A stretch of DNA of 60,000 bases. It comes from Camelus dromedarius. Its lineage: Eukaryota. The first letter of the stretch is position 1. Each line of letters begins with the position of its first letter. Position numbers and translations under genes: made by a program. Location: positions 74,340,001 through 74,400,000 of the forward strand of contig NC_087436.1 in NCBI RefSeq assembly GCF_036321535.1, given 5' to 3'. Below the pieces are notes generated by a model. It did no database searches and was not told where the DNA came from. It saw only the letters and a list, made by a program, of their open reading frames with translations. Of this stretch, positions 25,611-38,909 are shown one piece after another.

Positions 25611-28600
25611 CAGCCAAGTGAAGAATTAGGAGGAAGACTCTTCCAGGTGGAGGGAACCGCATTGTGAGAGTGAAGAGCTTGGTGGCCTTGGGGCACTCAG
25701 GGCAGGCCACTGAGGACAGGCCGAGTGAGAGGGGAGATGTTGAAAGTGGGGAGCAGCCGGGGCACTCGAGGCCTCGCAGCCAGGTTAAGGAATTTGGGTT
25801 TCCTCCAAAATGCACAGGAAGCTACACAAGTCTTATTAGAAGATGGCAGTAATCCACTTACATTTTTTAAAGGTCACCAGTGCTGGCTGCTGGGTAGGCC
25901 CTGGGTTGGAGTGGGGACAGGAGTGGATATGGCTGGTGAGAATGCTGTTCCCTCCTGGGCAGAACACAATAGAAAGGACGAAATTGCTGATTCTCAGAAC
26001 CAAGGTTGTAACTGTCCATGCTGAGGAGATAGGAGCCCCTGTCCCCCCAGCCCCATTTAAACTCAGTAGAAACCAGCAGCTCAAGGGATCTGGAGGGACC
26101 AGGTTATCAGGCCCAGCCCAGCTCCTGACATCTTTCACTCTGCTTTCCCCCGTCCTCCCCCATTTTTCACAGTGTTCAAGAGAACTACAGGAACAGGACA
26201 ATCTGGAACCTTTTCTTCAATGTTGGCTGCAACTCAGCTCAGAAAGCAGTTAAGGACTGTATTAAAATACCAAATAGTAAAGCAATCAGCATGTATATTC
26301 AGGAGTTATGAAAACTGGGGAGGAGATACGTATGTACTTATCAGAGGAAGTAGAAATAGGTAGGTGGTTGGCCTGGATTTCTTGTTTCTTAACTCTCTGG
26401 CAAGGAAAGATGATACTGGGATGTGGATCAATCATTGTTTTAGCCCCTGCTGAATCTTCTCAAATCAGCTGTGATTCCTGTTTCCTCACTCAGAGTTTGT
26501 GATGTTGAGAGTTCGTGATCTCTTGGAGAACAGCAGGAAACTGTTTTTTAAAGCCCTCCAAAACATCCCATAAGTTTTGGCAGCAAGAGTGACAATGGAA
26601 ATTTTTTCATTAGAATGTGTGCATTTAAAAATGTTTATTTGTTGTCCAGGTTATTCCAGAAAGCGTTAAAGGCAGAAAAGGTGTGTACTGGGTGCTGGTG
26701 ATTCTTCCTGCATTCCTTCTAGCCTGTTTCCTCCTTGGTGTAGGGCTCCCAGACAGCCCACTCAGGAGCCTCAGGAGCCAGCCCATCCAGGGAGGCTATT
26801 CTGTGACTTAGTCTGGGGACTGCAGTCAGAAACATGCAACACAGGTTTTATGAACCCTCACACCTAGTAGTTAATCTCAGCTGGTCCCCTGGAGGTTGGT
26901 AGATGGCCCTGGAGGGCAGTGCTGGCACTCATCTCTGCTAGGGCTGAAAAGAATCATGCATTGAAAAGCCTTAAAAAGAAGAGACAGTCTCATGTTCCTC
27001 CTCCTTCCATCTCTTTCCTATTTGCCTGGTCTTCCCACCAGCCCTTCCCTCCAACAGCCTGTACCCCAGACTTTCTGTCCCTTCGGGCCTCCCAGAGAGG
27101 GCACAGGGGCAAGGAAAAAGAAAAGGGCTCAGCCATTGTGCAGAAAGGAGGGAGCCAACAATTGTGGTTTATGCAAAAAAAAAAAAAAAAAAAGGAAGTT
27201 ATTAAATGCCACAAAGCTGTTGTGAAAGCCCAGACCTGGCCGTTAGTGTTCCCCCAGCAGACAACATCAGGGTCTGGAGCAGAGCTGTAAAGGCAAGCTG
27301 TCTGTCAGGATGGATTCTACCAATGGCGGTCTTAGATGTGCTGTTTATGTTTGTGTCATCTTTATGTTCATGGGTTTGATGATGAGATGCCTTTGAATAT
27401 ATTTTCTACTTCAGCTTAAGCCAGATGGCCTTTGGGGTTCGTGTGCTGAGGGTTGTAGGAGAAATCCTAAATGGAGACCACATGATGAATTCTGCAAAAG
27501 GCTTTGATGTGTTAACTCTGGACAAGGCTCTCCCCACTATTATTTCCAGCATAAATTAGGTCTCTTTAGTTGTGTCTGTTTCACATGACATCTTAGCTGA
27601 AAGGAACTCTAAAATGAAGGTACTGTTGAAGACAATAATGGAAATAATTTGTTAATTAAGCTCATACCCCATGTGGAGGAAGTATGCCAGACAGTTAATA
27701 GACATTATCTAGAAACTTTATAGCAACTCTGTAGGATACGTATAATAATAGTGGCTCATTTGCTGAGTGCTGAATATGTTGCAGACTCTATTGTAAGTGC
27801 TTTACCGGAATTACTTTAAGTTTCTCAATGACCCTCTGAAAGCCATTGTGCCTTTGTACCCATTTCAGAGATGAGAGAACTGAGGCACAGAGAGGTCAAG
27901 GTCACAGAGCTGGTCAGTGGTAGGGCCAGGGCCAGGCTCCCAGCATTGTGTGCTCTGCCTCTTATTTTCACATTACTGACAAGGAGAGCCTGAGGCTCAG
28001 TGTTCACTTGCCCAGTGTCATTCAGCTCACAAGTGACAGAACCTCAACCAGGTTTTCAAACTTCACTCCAGGGTAATACTGAATATATTCAAACCAGGAA
28101 TCTTAAATTTGGTGAGCAAAGTAATGTAACAAAGGAAGTGATGGCACTCAGGTAAAACTAAGGTAAAGTTTTAGTCCCTGCTGACTCCATGATCATCTCC
28201 CTCCCTGAAATACAAAGAAATCAACACCATTTGTTATCCCACCAGTCTCAGCCAAGGCTTGTGCAGAGGAGAGACAGAAGGCATGGTACCGTCTACAGAT
28301 TCCTGCTTCTAGGATGGGGTGCAAGGGCTACCGGTCGGTTCTCCAAGGCTTAGAAAGATCCTCAAAGACAGACATTGAAAACACACCACTGGTACCCAGC
28401 ATGGCAAACCCGCTCTGAGCCTGACGCAGGGGACAGTCTGCTCAAGAGGAGGCCCTGAAGGTGCAGTTGGGGTGTTTGGACATTCAGGAGCCAGGACCCT
28501 CCTAAGGAGAAGAAATGCATCTGTTCCTGTGGCGGACCGCATTGGCCACTCGGGGCTTAACATTTTTCTCAGACTCCCTGGGAGTATGGAGGACAAGATT

Positions 28601-29180
28601 TATGGGAATGGTGTGGGGGGCCGGGGGTGGAGGGTGGATTGAAACGGACACACAAAAGGCTTGCCTCCAGCGCAGCGGAATCTAAACCATCTGAAATAGC
28701 TCGGGCTCAAGAGTTGGCATGTGCTTCTGAGCTGCCACCCACTGCACAGAGCGAGGACCGCTGCACTCGGAGATCGCTCTCTGTACGGCGAAACCAGCGG
28801 GGACTTGCCTCAGGGAGCCACTTCTTTTGACAATTTGCCTTCGTGAGTCCAGTTTTTCACTTACAATAGATACTGAAATATAGGAGGGTTCACCTTCATC
28901 ATAGTTAATAATCTTTCTTCTCTCTTGGCTGGAAAAATCTGGTCTTCTCTGATTGGGAAGTATACGTTATTGTTTCACAGAAACACAGGAGAGGATGGAG
29001 ACCTTCATTCACCTTCCTTGGGGCAGAGCACCGGGGTGGGTGCAGGCTTAGCCCTCTGCACTTAGCTGTGCTGCTCTGGCCCCGGGCTTCTTTCTCATTC
29101 ATTTTTCTGTGTCAGAATCCTTCATGCCCCCTGCCCGTGAATACCATCACACTCAACTTCCTGTTTTCCTCTTTTTCCAG

Positions 29181-29312
29181 AGATGCGTGTGCAGACCCAG
29201 GCCCTGTAGATACTGGCACCTCTGACTCCTTCAGCCCGGAGCACCTCACCTCTGATACCCCACACAGGAGAGCAGCATGGTCAGGAGGAGTTAAACTGCG
29301 GCTGAAGCACAG
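29181..29312 (+). CDS. SHROOM3: SHROOM3 internal coding exon (canonical exon 3; DACADPGPVDTGTSDSFSPEHLTSDTPHRRAAWSGGVKLRLKHR)
   Basis: Polypyrimidine tract and ttccag acceptor, donor ag|gtagga, 132 nt, phase 2-2. The peptide matches the post-PDZ segment of SHROOM3. Confidence 0.92.
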
Positions 29313-29554
29313 GTAGGAGGCACAGAGGTCTGTGCTGAGCGGTTCCAAAGAAGAGGGACTTGGGGGCAAGGCTGGTCAGGATTCAGGCTAGTTAGAGAGC
29401 TGAGAAGGGACCAGACGAGGAGGTCAGATGGAAACTCAGAGATCAGGAGGATACCACCTTAATGACCGTTTTCAAGCCAGATTCTGAAGAAGCATAACCT
29501 TCCTGGGAGGTAATCCAGGTGTCCCTTAAATCATTTGATACGAATATCTTTTTT

Positions 29555-29882
29555 TTTCTTTTATTATAAGAAATTTTTAATTGAAGTATAGTCAGCTTAC
29601 AGTGTGTCAGTTTCTGGTGTACAGCATGATGTTTCAGTCATACATACACAAAGATATATTTCTTTTCATATTCTTTCTCATTATAAGTTACTACAAGATA
29701 TTGAATATAGTCCCCTGTGCTACACAGAAGAAACTTGTTTATCTAATTTATATGTAGTAATTAGTATCTGCAAATCTGGAACTCCCTACTTGTTCCTTCC
29801 CACCCCCCTTTCCCACTGGTAACCAACCATAAGTTTGTTTTCTATGTCTGTGAGTCTGTTTCTGTTTTGTAAATAGTTCGTG
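29555..29882 (-). mobile_element. L1 3' end (lineage-specific)
   Basis: Poly(T), then aattgaagtatagtcagcttaca...gatattgaatatagtcccctgtgcta. TSD-like tgatacgaatatcttttt / tgatgcaaatatcttttt. Confidence 0.88.
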
Positions 29883-30464
29883 TCTGATGCAAATATCTTT
29901 TTAAAAATATACATTCACAGCTGTTTTTAAAACTATAATTAAAAACTCTTAAAGAGATACCAGGGTCTTACACTTGATAAATGACTAATACCTTCACTTG
30001 TATGAGATTGATTTGTTTCTGAACTGATAACTCATTTAAAACATCTCATCTCTAATTGAGGGATGTCCTGAGATTACAAAGTTAGCCTAATAAAAATTTG
30101 CAACTACTTGCCTGTGCTTCCTCTGTGCTAGGGCTTTGCATACCTCATCAGATTCTCACACCAGAGCGGATAGTGTAAAGGCATCTAGGTAGGAGGTGGT
30201 GGATTCAAATTCAGGCTATTTGAGCTCATAGCCACCCAACTCTATCCCCGCAACAATCAACATAACAGAACCTCCTCCATAGGGCAACTGTGGGAATTCA
30301 ATGTGAGCCGGTATTCAAAGCACTTAGAACAGAGCCTGCTTGTGGGGAGTGAGAAATAAATGTCAGGTGAAGTAAATATTAGGTGGTGGCATAATGGTGT
30401 CGTGGTTATTATTCTCATCATCCTTTCATCACTGTGACACGAGTCTGTGTGCCAGCCTGAGAGA

Positions 30465-30700
30465 CAGTATAATGCAGTGGGTAAGATGCAGTCTGTGGAA
30501 TCAGACTGCCTAGAATCCAAATCTTGGTTTTGCTGCTTACTGTATAACTGCAGGCACATTATTTAAGCTCTGTTTCCAATCTGTAAAACGAGTTTAACAA
30601 CTATTCTACCTCCTAAGGTTGCTGAAAGGATTGTTAGTACACCTAAAGCATTTAGAGCTGTGCCCAGCACATCATAAGCACATCATTAGCACATCATTGT
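30465..30700 (+). mobile_element. MIR SINE
   Basis: cagtataatgcagtgg...ggaatcagactgcctag...ctgtaaaacg...aaggttgctgaaaggatt. Confidence 0.75.
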
Positions 30701-31959
30701 TACCAGTTACCCTGATTTCAGCTTGGGAGGGTTCTTGCATGTAGACACATGGGCTTGGGTGATAAATAAATAAACATTATACATTTAGATTTATGCAGTT
30801 ACCCATGTCTGTGGATATGCAAATACACATTAAAATATTTGTTACATTTTATATAATCAAAACTACATTTGTATCTGGTGTCTACAGTTAAGTTCTTGGT
30901 AAGATTTCACTTGAAAAAAGGATTGAAAAGAAGTTCGAACATAGCAGTTGAGGGCAGGCTGAGATTTGCAGAGGGCTCCCTCTATCGGAGAGGCAGCTGG
31001 CGAAAGGTGGCTTCAGGATCAGCCTGAAGAAGCTGAAACCCCAAGGTTGTTGCTGTTCCCTGCGGCCTCTTAGGATCTTTAAAACGTAGAGGATCAGAGC
31101 CTTATATTTAACCAGACTCCACCGAGCTGTGTAGGTTAACAAAGTCAGTGCCAAACTACTTGAGGCCGGAAAGCTGTAGTTAGGAAGTTACTGCTCCAGC
31201 CTCGGAGGACAATGCCCAAGACATGAACTAAGCAAGTGGTGATGGGACAAGAGATGAGACAGATCTGGGATGAACTCAGGAGGCAGATCAAGAGCAGATG
31301 AGAGTGGGAGAAGAGAGGTTAAAGAGTGTGACTCCTAAGTTTCTGCCTCGGGGCACTTGGGGGTAATTTGGGGACCATTAGTCAGGATGATGAAGGCCAG
31401 AAGAGGTGAGACTTAAGTTGGAGCCGAGAGGGTGAACAGTGAAATCACACAGACCTGGTTTTGAGCTTGAAGCAATTGAAATATTTTACAGAGCAATCCT
31501 TAACAGTTGGATAAAACAAATGAACCTAAGTGTATATCCAGTTGGTGTCCTAACCAAGCAGAGATTGTCTTTATAACCACAAAGAGATTGTCTCTAAAAC
31601 ACGTTGGGATTGCCCTCAGCATGGCCCAAGTCGGCCCCTTGCGGTCTGTCTAAATGATGGGAGGCTGCAAGGGAGCAGATAGGCAAGCAGTTTCCTTTTG
31701 AAGAAGTCATGACCTGGATGTTGCATACATGACGCCTGCTCATGTCCTATTGGCTGTAATTTTTCCTCTATTTTACACTCGAAGAATTTTACATGCATGT
31801 GTCTTGCCACAATTATATCATAAGCCCCTACAATAGTCCACCTCATAATTCCTTCGTATCCTCTGAGGTCTCTGCCACCCAAGTGTTACTGATGTAGCAG
31901 TAAACTTGGAAGCTGGTGTGGTTCTCATCCAATTATACTCAGATCCCAAATCCTGTCTG

Positions 31960-32860
31960 TTTTGTTTTTTACTCTTTATTTTGAAATATCTTTAGACTCA
32001 TAGAAAAGTTGTGAAAATAGTACAGAGATTTCCCATCCACTCATCACCCAGCTTTCCCTAATGTTAACATCTTTTAAAACCATAGTATAAATATTAAAAC
32101 TAAGAAATTAGCATGGGTGTAAATACTATTAAGTACAGACTATAAGACTTTTTAAACTATAGGCTTTATTCAGATTTCACCTTTTTTTTTCCCCCTGCCA
32201 GTGTCCTGTTTCCATTCCAGGATCCTACGTTGTGTTTAATTGTCATGTTTCCTTAGTCTCCTTTAATCGTGTTTCCTCAGTCTTTCCTTGTTTTTTGTGA
32301 CCTTGACACTTTTGAAGAGTATGGGCCAGTCATTTTGTAGAATGCCTTCTGTTTCGGTTTGTCTGATACTGTCTCATGGTTGGTTTGAGGTTATGTATTT
32401 TTGGCAAGAATACCACTGAAGGGCTGTGTGCTTGGTGCGTCCTCTCCGGGGTTACGTGGTGTTTACTGGTGCTGTTAACCTTGATAACTGGTTAAGGTGA
32501 AGTCTGCCAGGTTTCTTCACTGTAGAGTTATTATTTGTCTCCTTGTAATTGATACATATCTTCGGGGGAGAGATCTTTAGGCTATGCGAATATTCTGTTT
32601 CTCCTCAAACTTTCTCCCATTGAGTTTAGCATTTATCGATGGATATTTGCTGCAAGTTATTACTGTAATGTTCTAAAGATGAATTGTATTTCCTTCATTC
32701 CTTCCACGTTTATTAATTGGAAGTCTTCTGTAAGGAAGAGCTGTCTCTTCCCTCCACTTATTTATTTATCCAACTATTTCTATCAGTAAGGATTCCTTCA
32801 TGTTACCTTTTTCTGTAGGTTATAATCCAATACTCTCATTTATTTTATTGCTCAGAGTTC
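31960..32860 (-). mobile_element. Old L1 (L1MB/MC-like) 3' region
   Basis: tttattttgaaatatctttagactcatagaaaagttg...aatagtacagagatttccc...cattttgtagaatg...gttaaccttgat. Confidence 0.75.
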
Positions 32861-34266
32861 TTTGAAGCTGACTGTGGTCTAAATCCTGTTTTGAAATATG
32901 GAAAGGGGTGAGGTGCTGTCTTTAAGGAGAGCAGACATGATGTGCTTATCATCTTAGGAGTCTTACAAGTACTGAGGTAGAAGGTTAGTAGTGGGCAGGG
33001 AGCAAGTCTAATTCATGACAGGTCACAGAAGCCTACACTGATTTTGGAATTGAAAAGGACTGGGATCACCTTATGAGCCAACTCCAAGTCCAGTGGGTCA
33101 TGGGTATATGTAGCTCCTTTTTCATTGAGAAAAAATAGCCAGAAAGGATTTTCTCACTTATTTATAAGAAAAAAGAAGACACTCCCTCCCTCCAGGTGTA
33201 TTCAGGGACCAGCCAAACCACCAAGTTAAAGAGAGAGAGAGAGAGTGATGCTCTTAGTGGTCCAGGGCTTAATATTCTCACACATCCAATCTCATCCTTC
33301 CTTTTCTGCTTAGATCCCTGAATTCTCTCTTGTCTAACTTGTCAGTAAGAGCCCTATGATCTAACTTATCTCGGCAAAAACTTCTCCCTAAAATCTGTCA
33401 AGCCTTAGGCTAGGGTGGTTCAATGAGTGAGTTAAAGAGACAGAATGTTCCAGCTTAAAACTCAAGATTTTCCAAGCCATTGCTTTCCTCCATGAACTCT
33501 CACCCCTCCCTTACCTTCCACCACCAGTCACCACCGTCACTATGATGACCGACTCCTCTAACCATTAAGCCATACCTCGTGTTATGTGCTCTGTAAAGTT
33601 AAATGGAGATGAATGGGTAATGGAAGCTCAGGGTTTGACTCTGAATCCGTTCTCATTTGGGCAGCAAGGTGAGCTCAGCTGGCACTTGCACTCCTGCTGG
33701 CAGTGAGTTCTGTCCCCGTGCTGCTCACTTAGCACGCTCAGAACAGAACAGCGTGCCTCGGGAGGCCTCAGTGGATGTTGGTATTGCCCCCTTGCTGTAG
33801 TGGTCTTCCAAACTGGGGGAAGTTTCAAGCAATTAACATGCATTTTTGCAGACAGTGGCATTTTTTGCATGTGGAGGAGGGTGCAGGTTTGGCAGAGAAG
33901 ATCAATTAAAAAGGAAATGTCCTGATCGCAGTCTGATGCATTTTATCAGCAAATGGTTTTCCTTCTTTCCCTCCTCCTCCTGTGCACAGAATAGAATTCT
34001 GGCATTTCCAAGCCATGTGCTATTGTCTAAGGTGCTGGTTCTTCTCAGGAAGAGTCACTAAGGTTCACTTTTCTTCCCTCTTAGAGAGCAATTAAAATTA
34101 AATTTTAATTGGCAATTTACAGAGGTGGCTGGGAATGAGTCCCTCCCATTTGCATGAAGCTTAGTGAGTTCTAGGCGGTTCCGGCTGTGTGACGGAGGAG
34201 TGTGGAATTGTTGGGAAGAATTTGCAGCTCTGGGAGGAGGAGCAGAAAGAGCAGGAGCAGGGTGAA

Positions 34267-34346
34267 ATGGCTTTTTATGCCACTCCTGAGTGTGACACGC
34301 AGTTGCCCAGAGGGTTGCTATCTAGGCTATTTATCTTTGCCCCAAG
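34267..34346 (+). CDS. SHROOM3: Putative alternative first coding exon of SHROOM3 (MAFYATPECDTQLPRGLLSRLFIFAP-R)
   Basis: Strong Kozak gaaATGg, 26 codons plus AG, near-consensus donor AAG|GTAAGC. Phase 2 is in frame with exon 48116 (AG|G = Arg). Repeat-free, motif-rich upstream region. Confidence 0.65.
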
Positions 34347-36929
34347 GTAAGCTCACTGTTATGTTAGAATGAGATTTAGAATCTCGAATTGCAGGATTCT
34401 CAACTGACAAGCCTTTCGCTGGTGTCTTTTTCATGTTATGTTGTATGTATCTGTTTATAAAGAAATATTAGTAACCAACCACATATTAAGTTTAAGCCCA
34501 TTTCTCTAAATTGTCATGAAAATTCTCATAATTTGAGGACCTCGTGGAATGCAGTGTACTATCAATATTTCTGTGTGGGGATTTTCAATCATTCTCTCTC
34601 CTATATATACAGTCACCATATTTCTTCTGATGAATGTGTTTAGAGTGGGTTTTTATCTCATTCAGGTTAGCAGTTGCTTTGTGTTGTGTGCTTCATGGTT
34701 TTGCCTCCCCATTTCCCCAGGGAATCTCAGGGTAACAGTTTCTGTTTCTCACGAGGAATGGCCACTTACCTAGGAACTGGTAGCCAAGTTCTCTATTCTC
34801 ATTGCCAGCATTTGTAGAAAGAAAGGGAACCTGTGACTATCGTCTCAGTTTTCAAGAAAAGGTGTGGTCTTCCCATTTAGCTTTGAGTTTACATGAAAAG
34901 AAGTGTTTACTGAGAGTGCCGATTGTACATTATTTCACCCCATCACAGTCAAAGGTTTAAATACTTAATTATCTTTTCCCTTATTCACGATAATTTGAAT
35001 TCAGCTTTTATCTTTGTATGATCTTTGAATTGAAACTTTTGTCCGGAGTTGTGCCTAATGTCAATGCGTACACCTAGAGATGCTTTTACTTAAATGGAAA
35101 TATGAGGTCGAAAAGAGCAGGTGGCTGCAATGGTCGTGGTAATGTTCTGGATCCCAAGGTGACTTGAATATTTATTTTATTATTCTGGGCATTCATTTTA
35201 TTATTATACCATGTAAAAGGTAAAAAAGAAAATATGAACTGCTTAGATTACAAAACACATATGGAGAGAGAGGGATCCAGGGCTGGTTTTTCAAGTTTTA
35301 TTTGGCGTTCTTTCACCTGAAGGTGAATAAGAGAGAACATTCTTCTGAGTTTTATTATTTTCTCCTCAACAGTGTCAGGTTATGTGTGAGTGACGGCGGT
35401 GGTTAAACTCCTCCTTGCTGTAAAATTTATTATGGAAATGTTGGCAGATGGGAACTGAGAGGCCGGAGCAAACATTCTTAACGTTGGCAGCCTCTCTGCC
35501 TTAAACCTTCACTATTCTTTTCATTCTGGTTTCAGTAATATTTGAAAACTTTATTTTAATGAACAGTTCTTTTCCAGTATGATTTTAAAATATAGATTCT
35601 TTTGGCCATTGCCTGAGGTTCTTATCTGACATTAGTGTTTTTTGTCCTTTCTGTTGTTTTCTTGTCTTTAATTTCTCATTTGTGGCCTCTTCCTCTAAAT
35701 GAGAAGAAAGTGAAATAGGGACAAAAAAATCACAATACAATGCATCAAACTTACTCCAGAAGAGAATGCTGTGTCTTTAGTGTTGGAAGTTTGGGGAGCA
35801 CTTATCTGTTTTTGTTGAATGGAATAATGTGTAGAAAAAAATCACTACCAAAAGGCAAGGCTTCTACCTCACCCAAAAAACAGCCTTTCTTTACTGGTTT
35901 TGACAAATGAAATATAATTTACACTTTGGCCTTGTATAAAAATTAATTAGCTTGATTTTGAAATATCTTGGTTGGTATTTGGTTTGAAGAGTGTCCTTTA
36001 AAACTTCAAAGGGCAGTCTTCTGTGGGTTTACACACGGAGGAGGGTGTCCAGCTGTCGCGGTGGGTGTCCTGCCTCCTGCCCTCAGCCCTGCAGCCCCAG
36101 TGGAAGGGGAGAGCCCTGCATACCGTTCATTGTGTCCTAATTTGTCCAACAGGGGTCCCCTGGGAGAGCCTCCGGGAAGTTCAGGGGCACACACAATGTT
36201 TCTAGTTCTCTGCATCTATCTGATCCTCTCTGAGATCCATGAGCATGTATTTGTGGGTGTCTGCCTGTGTGTTAGTGTGTGGAAGATGAATACAGCACAG
36301 AAGTGATTTCTCCTCTCTAAGCCCTAGCAACCTAGTCTGTGGCACAGAGAAGTAGTGTCAAAGACACTTAAATCATAATAGTCAGTATTTGAAGAAATCA
36401 GTAAAAGCCAGTCCCTCCTTCCTTCCTCAAACAAATGAAATGTCTGGTTCCAAACTGAGAATTGAGAAGAAGAAAGTGTTAATAATTAGAGCTCATGCTA
36501 GTCTATGTATGCTATGCATTCTATTCCATTGTAATTGAATTTGGAATTTGAAGAAAAACAAAGATGCATGCTATTATAGACGAGAGATGTGTTGGCGTCA
36601 ACTTCTGCCATGACTTACAGGCAAACGTTGAAGTGTGGGGAGGAGAGTTGACTATTCTGATTCCTCTGTATGTGTCAGTCGAGGGGAGGAGGGGAATATT
36701 GAGGAAAAGATATTTCAGCATCACCACCCATTCATTGGTGACTAACTGAAAAACACTGACCCCCATGGCTAGACCTTCTTTTTTATGGTAATAGTTTTGT
36801 GTGATCATCAATAAAATTTCAACTTAAAAAAATGTTTCAAAATGGAGAATAAGGAGGAGATAAACTAGTAATGAAAGGATGTTGGAACAGGTGTGGAGGA
36901 GTTGGATAAAGTCTCTTATAAGAAAAGGA

Positions 36930-37089
36930 GGGGAGGGTATAGCTCACTGGTAGACTGTGTGCCTAGCATGCATGAGGTCCTAGGTTCACCCCTAGTACCG
37001 CCATTAAAATAAACAAACAAACAAACCAAGAAACTGACCTGATTACCTTCCTCAACCAAAAAAAACCCCAAACAAACAAACCAAAAAAA
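36930..37089 (+). mobile_element. tRNA-derived SINE (Vic-1-like, camelid)
   Basis: ggggagggtatagctcactggtag...ggtcctaggttcacccctagtacc...ctgattaccttcc with an (AAAC)n / A-rich tail. Confidence 0.88.
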
Positions 37090-37323
37090 GAGGTTTTTTT
37101 AATTATGCAAATTTTAGATGTTGGAATCTTATGTGTGTGTCTTTTAGCATACTTTACTCTTAGTTGTGATTTAGTTGCCAAAGCCAAAGTCCTCAGGGCA
37201 TATTATCAGGATGTGACATTTAAAAAGAACTTCTCTTTCCAGAAAGAACTGTGTGTTGCTATCGGGTTGTATTACCTAATGCATACCTTTCTGCCCACTG
37301 AACCACTTTTTAAAGACACAGAT

Positions 37324-37582
37324 TTTTAAATATTTATTTATTTACTTATTTACTTATTATTTTACTGCTGTTGATGGGCTTCCTTCCTTTTTTTATTCGA
37401 TTTTTTTGAATTTTACTGAAGTAGAGTCAGTTTACAATGTTGTGTAAATTTCTGGTGTACAGCATGATAGTTCAGTCATACATATACACACATGTATTGG
37501 TTTTCATATTCTTTTTCATTATAGGTTACTACAAGATATTGAATATAGTTCCCTGTGCTGTATAGTATAAACTTGTTGTTTA
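37324..37582 (-). mobile_element. Short L1 3' end with perfect TSD
   Basis: Same 3' UTR family as the 29.6 kb copy. Perfect 14-bp TSD ttaaagacacagat at 37310-37323 and 37583-37596. Confidence 0.9.
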
Positions 37583-38189
37583 TTAAAGACACAGATGTTA
37601 GTGAGGCAATTATAAAAGCTTTGGGAAAGTTTGCTTGTTAGACTTTTCTATAAATTCCAAAAGTCTGAAGCATAGCATTGAGGAGCCCAGTTGTCATGGA
37701 AACTAGAGGTTAGGGATGCTGAAAAGGGCTAAAGGATTTCTCAAAAGCAATGTCTTTGCCAACTGTGTGTTAAGGAAAAGTTACCACCTTTTTTTCACAT
37801 TTTGGAAGTTGATGCATTTTTTCAACTCTAAAAATTCTTAAGAGCTTGTCTGTCTCCTGTGAATATGTAGAAAACATATCTCAGTATAGGGTAATTTTCT
37901 TTTTTATTCCAGAAAGTGTTCCATTTGGATTTATGAATGGAACAGTGTTACAAGTGCAGCCTAGTGCAGCTTGACTTGCTTGTAGTTATCAGTGACTGTA
38001 TATTTTTATCATCAGTATTTGGGGAGCATCATTTTCCTGTAAACAGGAAATGCCTAAAAAGGCATTGTTCAAATACAAATCATCTATTCTTCTATACCAA
38101 AGAAGATATAATTGTAATTCCCTAAAGAATTATTTGCACAGCAACATTTAATTATTCATATTGTTTGTTTCTTCTTTAAAGCATGAAAG

Positions 38190-38830
38190 GGGCAATTTAA
38201 CAATAACTACCAAAATTGCAAGTGCATTTTATTTTAAGCCAGCTATTCCACTTCGAGGAATTTCTGCAGATATGTCGGCAAGATAGAAAACAGTGTGTGG
38301 ATGTAGTTATTCCCTGAAGCATTATTTTTAATGACAAAAGACTGGAAATCGAAAAGTGTCTACAGAAAGGGTCTGGTTAAATAAGTATATTGTATGCACA
38401 CAATGGAATACTAGGCAGCTAAAAGGAAAAAAGAAAGCTATGAGGAAGCTCTGTAAGTACTGATATAGAATTTAAAAAAAAACAAGAGGTCTCTTTCCTT
38501 TTGTGAAGGGACCAAAATGAGATATGTTTTTATTTGTTTGTACTTCATCATAACAAAGTACTGGAAAAGGTACGTAAGAAATTAACCCACAGAGGTTCCC
38601 TGTTGGGGGAAGAGAAATGGGTGGAGGGGCTGGAATATGAGGAGAGTAAGACTTCTCAACGGCTTCCAATTAAAAAAAAAAAAAAACCCTGCATTAATTA
38701 ATTACCTATTCAAAATAATACCTAAAATAAATATGGGGAAAATACTAAGATTTGATAAATTTTAGTAATGAGTACATGAGTGTTTTTTTTTATTAATTTG
38801 AATGTATTTATGTATGTCTGAAGTGTTTCA
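38190..38830 (+). mobile_element. Old L1 (L1M-type) fragment
   Basis: ccagctattccactt...gcattatttttaatgacaaaagactggaaa...acaatggaatact. Confidence 0.6.
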
Positions 38831-38909
38831 TAATTTTTTTAAAAGATGGGGGAAAATAGGGAAAAAATCACAGCAACACACAAAAAGAACCTTAGGAAAC
38901 ATACTTTAA

